A model generated the notes under the pieces. It was not told the DNA's origin. It saw only the letters and a list, made by a program, of their open reading frames with translations, and did no database searches. The position numbers and the translations under genes are program-made. Shown here piece by piece: positions 7,952 to 13,579 of a stretch of DNA of 13,579 nucleotides; within the stretch, counting starts at the first letter, position 1, and every line of letters starts with the position of its first letter. The stretch spans positions 1 through 13,579 of the forward strand of contig JBHIAH010000072.1 of assembly GCA_046758505.1 (NCBI GenBank). Reading direction: 5' to 3'. The DNA is from Candidatus Methylomirabilales bacterium (GTDB taxonomy: Bacteria > Methylomirabilota > Methylomirabilia > Methylomirabilales > CSP1-5).

Positions 7952-8007
7952 GTTTATGGTTCACAGTATGCTGTTTATGGTTCATGGTTCAGGGTTCAGG
8001 GTTCACC
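7952..8007. repeat. GTTCANN heptamer tandem array (8 degenerate units)
   Basis: GTTTATG GTTCACA GTATGCT GTTTATG GTTCATG GTTCAGG GTTCAGG GTTCACC. Confidence 0.85.
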
Positions 8008-8012
8008 GTGTA

Positions 8013-8046
8013 TTGGTGGTTGGTGATTGGTGAAAACCACCAGCCA
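8013..8046. repeat. TTGGTGR heptamer x3 with a short inverted partner
   Basis: TTGGTGG TTGGTGA TTGGTGA followed by AACCACCA, which is complementary to TGGTGGTT. Confidence 0.7.
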
Positions 8047-8053
8047 CTGTCTT

Positions 8054-8083
8054 GTCGTCGATCGTCGGTCCGCGGTCATCGGA
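8054..8083. repeat. Inverted CCGRYGA-family heptamer array (right arm)
   Basis: Reverse complement reads TCCGATGACCGCGGACCGACGATCGACGAC and abuts the rfbC stop codon. Confidence 0.8.
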
Positions 8084-8084
8084 A

Positions 8085-8546
8085 TTACCCCATCTTGACC
8101 GCCCAGTCATAGGGGATCTCCGGCGTATCGTAGGGGAGCCGATGCTCGTCAGGCGTCTCATAGTTATACAGCTCCGTAGGGCAGTTGAGCATGATCGCCG
8201 TCGACGTTCCAATAGCCTTGAACCCGTGCATCACCTGAGGCGGGATCTTCACCAGGAGGAGATTTTCCTCCCCCAGAAAGAACTCATTGATCATGGTGTG
8301 GGTCGGTGAGTCTTGCCGGGCGTCCCACAACACCAATTTCACCATCCCCTGAATGCAGACGAAGTGATCCGTCTGCTTCCGGTGCATATGCCACGCCTTG
8401 ATGACCCCCGGACGCGCCGTGGTGAGATAGAGTTGGCCGAATCGCTCGAAGAGATCCCAGTCGCTCCTGAGGAGTTCGGCCAGGTATCCCCGTTCATCCA
8501 CGATCCGGCTGAGCGGGCGGCTCACCACCCCGTGTATCAGCTTCAT
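8085..8546 (-). CDS. rfbC: dTDP-4-dehydrorhamnose 3,5-epimerase family (RmlC-like cupin, short form)
   Basis: DERGYLAE, PGVIKAWHMH, LWDARQDSPT and IPPQVMHGF motifs; GGAGGG RBS; located between rfbA and rfbB. Confidence 0.88.
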   Translation of the reverse strand: MKLIHGVVSRPLSRIVDERGYLAELLRSDWDLFERFGQLYLTTARPGVIKAWHMHRKQTDHFVCIQGMVKLVLWDARQDSPTHTMINEFFLGEENLLLVKIPPQVMHGFKAIGTSTAIMLNCPTELYNYETPDEHRLPYDTPEIPYDWAVKMG

Positions 8547-8553
8547 CCCTCCC

Positions 8554-8661
8554 TCGATGACCGCCGACCGGTTAACAGTTCATAGTTCGTGGTTCATGGT
8601 TCATGGTAGAAGTCGGACTAGAAGCCTTTGGACCCTGAACTCTGAACCGTGAACCGTGAAC
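8554..8661. repeat. Composite heptamer array: CCGRYGA-type units, GTTCANN x5, loop, NNTGAAC x4 (inverted)
   Basis: TCGATGA CCGCCGA CCG (8554-8570); GTTAACA GTTCATA GTTCGTG GTTCATG GTTCATG (8571-8605); CCTGAAC TCTGAAC CGTGAAC CGTGAAC (8634-8661). Confidence 0.85.
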
Positions 8662-8678
8662 GCCTTTCACGTTGAACA

Positions 8679-9743
8679 CTAGGCGATCCCGACCTGGCTA
8701 TTGTCCCCCAGCATCAGACGAAGGGTCCCAGGAGAAGACGCGCACCGGCACACGTGCACATTCCTTCCGATGAGGCTCTCCTCCATGCGTCCTTCTAGGT
8801 CCACAATCCTGGCCTGCTCCATGATCACGCTGTCGGCCACTTCACTGTTGACGACTTCGCTCTCCGCGGCAATCGAGGTGAAGGGACCGATACGAGCGTT
8901 CACGATCCGGGCATGCCTCCCGATGATGACGGGACCGCGAATCGTGCTCCGCACAAGTTCCGCCCCCGCTTCGATCACCACTTTTCCCTCCACCACCGAG
9001 TCGGCATCAACCCGCCCCTCCACCCGCGCCTCCAGGGTGCTCAAGATCAGGCGATTCGCCTCCAAGAGATCCTCCAGCCGTCCCGTATCCTTCCACCAGC
9101 CGGACACGATATGGGGGACGACGGCATAGCCGCGGTCGATCTGGTACTGGATGGCGTCGGTAATTTCCAGCTCTTTCCGCCAGGAGGGTCGGATGGCCTC
9201 GACCGCCTCGAAGATGGTCTGGTCGAAGAGATACACCCCCACCAAGGCATAGTCGCTCTTGGGGATCTTTGGTTTCTCTTCCAAAGAGACCACCCGGTCC
9301 CCCTGCAGCCCGGCCACCCCAAAGCGCTGCGGGTCTTTCACCTTGGAGAGGAGGATCTGGGTGTTGGGTCGGACCCGCTGATACTCTTTCACCAAAGACG
9401 CGATCCCATCCCGAAGGATGTTGTCTCCTAAGACCATCACGAAGGGACGCGACCCGAGGTACGGTCTGGCGATCTTGACCGCATGGGCGAGCCCGAGCGG
9501 GGCCTCCTGCTCGATATACGTCACGTCGAGTCCCCACTCCTCCCCCGTCCCCACCGCCGACCGAATCTCCTGCTGGGTCTCCCCGACCACCATGCCGACC
9601 TCGCGGATACCGGCCGCGGCGACCATCTCGAGGACATAAGAGAGGATCGCTTTGTTGGCGATGGGCACCAGTTGTTTGGCGCTGGTATACGTGATGGGCC
9701 GCAGGCGTGTCCCCCGGCCACCGCTCAAGACGAGCGCCTTCAT
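8679..9743 (-). CDS. rfbA: Glucose-1-phosphate thymidylyltransferase, long form with C-terminal hexapeptide-like region
   Basis: MKALVLSGGRGTRLRPITYTSAKQLVPIANK, QEAPLGLAHA, LGDN, EEKP, ELEITDA and WWKDTG motifs. The ATG at 9743 overlaps the Trm112 stop; 354 aa. Confidence 0.93.
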   Translation of the reverse strand: MKALVLSGGRGTRLRPITYTSAKQLVPIANKAILSYVLEMVAAAGIREVGMVVGETQQEIRSAVGTGEEWGLDVTYIEQEAPLGLAHAVKIARPYLGSRPFVMVLGDNILRDGIASLVKEYQRVRPNTQILLSKVKDPQRFGVAGLQGDRVVSLEEKPKIPKSDYALVGVYLFDQTIFEAVEAIRPSWRKELEITDAIQYQIDRGYAVVPHIVSGWWKDTGRLEDLLEANRLILSTLEARVEGRVDADSVVEGKVVIEAGAELVRSTIRGPVIIGRHARIVNARIGPFTSIAAESEVVNSEVADSVIMEQARIVDLEGRMEESLIGRNVHVCRCASSPGTLRLMLGDNSQVGIA

Positions 9744-9919
9744 TTCCCTTCCCGGGAGGGCATCTCTGCCTCGTCGATCAGCATGACGGGGATCCCATCT
9801 CGAACCGGGTACCGACGACCACACGCCTGGCAGATGATCCTCTGGCCCGGCTCATCGAGTCGGACCTCCCCCTTGCAGGCAGGACAGGCCAGAATCTCCA
9901 GGAACTCCTTGTCCAACAT
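9740..9919 (-). CDS. Trm112-family (YcaR/UPF0434) small Zn-ribbon protein
   Basis: MLDKEFLEILACPACKG...CQACGRRYPVRDGIPVMLIDEA, 59 aa, with a strong GGAGGAGG RBS before ATG 9919. Confidence 0.92.
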   Translation of the reverse strand: MLDKEFLEILACPACKGEVRLDEPGQRIICQACGRRYPVRDGIPVMLIDEAEMPSREGK

Positions 9920-9987
9920 TTCCTCCTCCTTCCAGCGACAGCAGCCGCCCCCAGAAATCGCGAAAGCCCCTTCCGCGCTCCGGAGAC

Positions 9988-11217
9988 CTATTCCCGCTCC
10001 ATCTGGCATCCCGCCTCTTCCGCCGACCCGACGAGTTTCTTCCCGGGGACCACCACGAGATCGTCCAGGATCCGGAAGGGGTACTTGCTGGACTTGATCG
10101 TCCGTCCCCAGACCGCATCCTTCATGACCTGGTGGTCCTCCCTCCGGATGGTTTTGATCCCTTCCGGGTCGCGGTAGGTGATGCCCTCCAATTTTTCGAC
10201 GATCTTATCGGTGTCCACAGCGCCGACCTCTTCGATGACCCGCTTCAGCAGCAGAATGGCCGAATAGCTGGACAACGCCACATCGGCCGGGTATTCACCG
10301 TAGAGGGCCCGATAGGCCTTCACGAAGACCCGGTTCTCCACCCCATCCGGGGAGAGAAACCAGGAGCGCGCCGAGACCCAGAGTCCTCCCGGCATCTCAT
10401 TCCCCAGGGGGGCCAGGACGCTTAACGACGCCCCCTCCGGGTTGAGAAAGAACTTGACCCGTTCAAAGAAGCCGACCGACTGGGCCTGCCTGATGAACGT
10501 CACGAGGTCCCTCCCCCACAGGGTGGACCAGACGGCATCCGGCTCGGCCTGCATCGCGGCATCAATGGCACCAGAATAATCGGCGGTGAACAGATTGGGC
10601 CAGGACGCCCCGACAAACGACGCGTCCGGCTTGACCTTGCGAATGGCTGTCTGAAATGCTTCCCAGGAACCCCGGCCGTACTCGGAGTCCGGCCCGATGC
10701 CATACCACCGCTTGGCCGGCTTGTCTTTCATTACCAACGCGGCCGCGCGCGCATCCATCACGGCGTTGTTCACCACCCGGAACGCATAGCGGTGACACGC
10801 CGTGCCGGTTAGCTGAGCGACGGGGGCGTGTGTAAAGAGAATGATCTTCCGATGCTTCTTTGCCTCCGCGCTCACCGCCAAGGCAACCCGTGACGAATCC
10901 ACCCCGACCAGAAAGTCGACCTGATCCTCCAGGATGTACCGCCGGGCCTCTTGGACCCCGATCATGGCGATGCCCTCGTGGGCCACCAACACCTCAAGCT
11001 TTCGCCCCAGGATCCCCCCCCGCTCGTTGATCTCCTTCTCGGCCATCCTCGCCCCCTGGGAGCCGTGCCGGCCGTATTCCGCTTCCGGACCGATGAGCTG
11101 AAACAGAGCCCCGATCTTGATGGGGCGGCTCTCCTTTGCCCAACCGAAGCCGGGAAGAAGGACCCCTGCCCCCAACAAGGTTGCAACCACCAGACGGAGG
11201 AACCCTTGCCGCTTCAC
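9988..11217 (-). CDS. ABC transporter substrate-binding protein, branched-chain amino acid (LivJ/PBP type 1) family
   Basis: Signal peptide MKRQGFLRLVVATLLGAGVLLPGFGWA, then IKIGAL, EINERGGILGRKLE, YAFRV and PDSEYG. Start reassigned to GTG 11217 after a GGAGG RBS. Confidence 0.88.
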   Translation of the reverse strand: MKRQGFLRLVVATLLGAGVLLPGFGWAKESRPIKIGALFQLIGPEAEYGRHGSQGARMAEKEINERGGILGRKLEVLVAHEGIAMIGVQEARRYILEDQVDFLVGVDSSRVALAVSAEAKKHRKIILFTHAPVAQLTGTACHRYAFRVVNNAVMDARAAALVMKDKPAKRWYGIGPDSEYGRGSWEAFQTAIRKVKPDASFVGASWPNLFTADYSGAIDAAMQAEPDAVWSTLWGRDLVTFIRQAQSVGFFERVKFFLNPEGASLSVLAPLGNEMPGGLWVSARSWFLSPDGVENRVFVKAYRALYGEYPADVALSSYSAILLLKRVIEEVGAVDTDKIVEKLEGITYRDPEGIKTIRREDHQVMKDAVWGRTIKSSKYPFRILDDLVVVPGKKLVGSAEEAGCQMERE

Positions 11218-11249
11218 CACCACCTCCCGAAAGATTGGATCCCACCCAC

Positions 11250-11297
11250 CGGACGAAAGTCCGCCCCATAAAAGGGCGAAAGACCGGACCTTGTCAA
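11250..11297 (-). promoter_or_regulatory. Possible internal promoter plus a leader hairpin upstream of the binding-protein gene
   Basis: TTGACA (11297-11292), 18 nt spacer, weak -10 TTTTAT (11273-11268); hairpin CGGAC-N4-GTCCG at 11250-11263. Confidence 0.35.
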
Positions 11298-11797
11298 GCC
11301 TTTTCGCCCTCCGATCGAGCAGCAAGACCCTCATGGAGGGGGCTGAGAGCCATGATGACGGCGTCTTCCACCGGACCGGTATAGTAGCGCCGTCTCCTCC
11401 CCACCACGGTGAAACCGAAGCATCGGTACAGGGCCTGGGCCGTCAGATTCGACGCCCGAACCTCCAGCGAGGCGGTCGCAGCCCCATGGCGAAACGCCTG
11501 AGCGAGGGCAGAGCGGAGGAGTCTCCTCCCCACCCCCTGCCGTCGTATGCGCGGGTCCACCGCGATATTGCTGATGTGAAATTCACCTGCCACAATCGAT
11601 CCGCAGAGGTATCCCACGAGCACCCCCCCCTCCACCCGCGCCACCAGGGCCAGAGTAACGCCGGGGATCAGCTCTGCCTGGAACATCTCGCGCGTCCAGG
11701 GCTGGGTAAAGGAGGCCGCCTCGATGCGCAGGACCGCCTCGAGGTCCTCCGGTCGCATCACCTCAATCCTGTAAGGCCCCCCTGTCACCCTCAGCAC
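11294..11797 (-). CDS. rimI: Ribosomal protein S18-alanine N-acetyltransferase (GNAT)
   Basis: IEAASFTQPW, HISNIAV, RRQGVG, LEVRASN..AQALY..FGF and GRRRRYY..PVEDA motifs; directly follows tsaB. Start uncertain (GTG 11797 or 11788). Confidence 0.92.
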   Translation of the reverse strand: MLRVTGGPYRIEVMRPEDLEAVLRIEAASFTQPWTREMFQAELIPGVTLALVARVEGGVLVGYLCGSIVAGEFHISNIAVDPRIRRQGVGRRLLRSALAQAFRHGAATASLEVRASNLTAQALYRCFGFTVVGRRRRYYTGPVEDAVIMALSPLHEGLAARSEGEKA

Positions 11798-12476
11798 CCT
11801 TCCGTCGGTTGAGCTCCGCTTCGGAGGGGCGGATATATCGAGGGGTCAATTCCTCGACCGGGTCCCTCTCTCCCCCGAGCAGCCGCCGGCGCCCCAGATC
11901 CGCCACGGCCGCCGGCGACGCCACGCGGAAGCCGGGGGGCGGGATGGCCAGTCCCCCGAGCATCTCCCGGAACAACGCGCCGTACACGCGCCACCCCTCA
12001 CCGATGAAGACCGTGGGCCGGGTAATACGCCGTACCAGATCCTCGGGCGCCAGGGCCCGCTCCTCCATCAGGCAGACCAGCTCGACGCCCCGGTATTCGA
12101 ACAGAGCGCTATAGAGCTCCTTTTTCCGCGCGTCCAAGACGGGGCAGACGGGATAGGCGCAATAGGGAAGGCTCCAGGCCAAGGCCCGAAGCGTGGGAAC
12201 GCCGACCACCGGTTTCCCCGTGGCGAGCGCCAGCCCCTTCACCGTGCTGAGACCGATCCGGAGGCCGGTGAAGGAGCCCGGCCCGATGGAGACCGCCAGC
12301 CCTTCCACCGCGGCGATCGTCACCCGAGCATCCTGAAGGACCCGGTCGACCGCGGGCATGAGACGCTCGGCATACGTCGCTTCCACGTTCAGCACGTACT
12401 CGGCGATGACCCCCTCGCCCCCCACGAGGGCCACCCCCCCTTGCGGACCGGCGCTCTCGATCCCCAAGACGATCAC
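11763..12476 (-). CDS. tsaB: tRNA threonylcarbamoyladenosine biosynthesis protein TsaB (YeaZ)
   Basis: [25 protein letters not shown] and [10 protein letters not shown] motifs; GTGA overlap with the trpB2 stop. Confidence 0.95.
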   Translation of the reverse strand: MIVLGIESAGPQGGVALVGGEGVIAEYVLNVEATYAERLMPAVDRVLQDARVTIAAVEGLAVSIGPGSFTGLRIGLSTVKGLALATGKPVVGVPTLRALAWSLPYCAYPVCPVLDARKKELYSALFEYRGVELVCLMEERALAPEDLVRRITRPTVFIGEGWRVYGALFREMLGGLAIPPPGFRVASPAAVADLGRRRLLGGERDPVEELTPRYIRPSEAELNRRKGAEGDRGALQD

Positions 12477-13579
12477 TGCTCTTCCCTGCCCCGGGGCACA
12501 GACGCCAAAGCCCGATCAAGCTCCGCCGACGAGGGCGGATCCTCGTCCATCTCTCCCTTGAGGTACCGATCGTAGGCGCTGAGATCGAAGTGCCCGTGGC
12601 CGGATAAATTACACAGCAGGGTTCGCTCCTCGCCTCCTTCCCGGCATCGGATGGCCTCGTCCATGACGGCCCGGACCGCATGGGCGGCCTCAGGGGCGGG
12701 GAGAATCCCTTCGGTCCGGGCAAAGGAAACCGCCGCCTCAAAGACGGGCCGCTGGGGATAGGCGACCGCTTCGATGAGGCCCTGATCATAGAGCGCGCTG
12801 ATCAGCGGGGCCATCCCGTGATATCGGAGTCCGCCGGCGTGGATAGCCGGGGGAACGAAGCCATGCCCGAGGCTGTGCATCTTGAGCAGGGGGGTGAGGC
12901 ATGCCGTATCTCCGAAGTCGTAGGTGTACCGCCCACGGGTCAATGTCGGGCAGGCGGTCGGCTCCACCGCCACGAACCGGATGGAGCGGCCATCCAGCTT
13001 CTCTTTCAGAAAGGGAAAGGCGAGTCCGGCAAAATTGCTCCCGCCACCGCAGCAGCCAAAGATTACATCGGGAAAGGCGTCGCAGAGCTCCATCTGCTTG
13101 ATCGCCTCGAGCCCGATCACCGTCTGATGGAGCAGCACATGGTTCAAGACACTCCCCAGCGCGTACTTGGTATCCTCATGCTTCCTGGCCTCTTCGACCG
13201 CCTCGCTGATCGCGATCCCGAGGCTCCCGGGGGTGTTCGGATCCTGGGCCAGCGCCTGCCGACCAGCTGCCGTCTTGCGACTCGGGCTCGGACACACCGT
13301 CGCCCCCCAGACCTCCATCATCGATCGACGGTAGGGTTTTTGATCGTAACTCACCCGGACCATGTAGACGGCACACTCGAGGCCCAAGAGGGAGCAGGCA
13401 AAGGCGAGCGCGCTTCCCCACTGTCCGGCCCCCGTTTCGGTGGTCAGTCGCCGCACCTTCTCCTCTCGGTTGAAATACGCCTGGGCGACGGCGGTATTGG
13501 GCTTGTGGCTTCCCGCAGGAGAGACGCCTTCATATTTATAGAAGATCCTGGCGGGGGTCTCGAGGGCCTCCTCGAGACG
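12473..13579 (-). CDS. trpB2: TrpB-like PLP enzyme (tryptophan synthase beta type 2), 5' end outside the window
   Basis: Frame is open to the window edge: [30 protein letters not shown] (PLP lysine), [43 protein letters not shown] and NLSGHG. Confidence 0.95.
   Translation of the reverse strand, partial: RLEEALETPARIFYKYEGVSPAGSHKPNTAVAQAYFNREEKVRRLTTETGAGQWGSALAFACSLLGLECAVYMVRVSYDQKPYRRSMMEVWGATVCPSPSRKTAAGRQALAQDPNTPGSLGIAISEAVEEARKHEDTKYALGSVLNHVLLHQTVIGLEAIKQMELCDAFPDVIFGCCGGGSNFAGLAFPFLKEKLDGRSIRFVAVEPTACPTLTRGRYTYDFGDTACLTPLLKMHSLGHGFVPPAIHAGGLRYHGMAPLISALYDQGLIEAVAYPQRPVFEAAVSFARTEGILPAPEAAHAVRAVMDEAIRCREGGEERTLLCNLSGHGHFDLSAYDRYLKGEMDEDPPSSAELDRALASVPRGREEQ

Noticed and set aside
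8003..8309. Small ORFs 8003-8212 (-) and 8052-8309 (+)
   Set aside because: They overlap rfbC out of frame or antisense and translate the repeat DNA; no RBS support seen.
7850..8670. CRISPR array or integron attC interpretation of the repeats
   Set aside because: Units are 7-bp tandem repeats without unique spacers. No cas or integrase gene is present and I could not identify a canonical attC box arrangement.
11218..11334. Upstream extensions in the ORF track for the binding protein (also Trm112 to 10009, rfbA to 9824, rfbD to 6892)
   Set aside because: Downstream starts have a better RBS or stop/start coupling and match the family N-termini.
12473..13579. TrpB without TrpA as a novelty
   Set aside because: Stand-alone TrpB2 outside trp operons is well established.

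Overview
GC-rich bacterial chromosomal window of mostly housekeeping genes. Minus strand, left: a GAF-PAS hybrid histidine kinase with a candidate sigma54 promoter, then gltX, greA and tRNA-Gln(CTG). Plus strand, centre: a MalK-like gene lacking its entire ATPase core, coupled to a PHP (YciV/TrpH-type) phosphoesterase. Minus strand, right: trpB2 (partial), tsaB, rimI, an orphan LivJ-type binding protein, a Trm112-family protein and rmlA-rmlC-rmlB-rmlD (dTDP-L-rhamnose synthesis). The most unusual feature is non-coding. The two spacers flanking rmlC are built from three families of 7-bp tandem repeats arranged as direct and inverted pairs, so rmlC looks like a repeat-bounded cassette. One array is cleanly interrupted by a palindrome nested inside a related palindrome. 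The kinase-gltX spacer may also hold a ~210-nt structured RNA. Product calls come from recognising motifs by eye; no searches were run.
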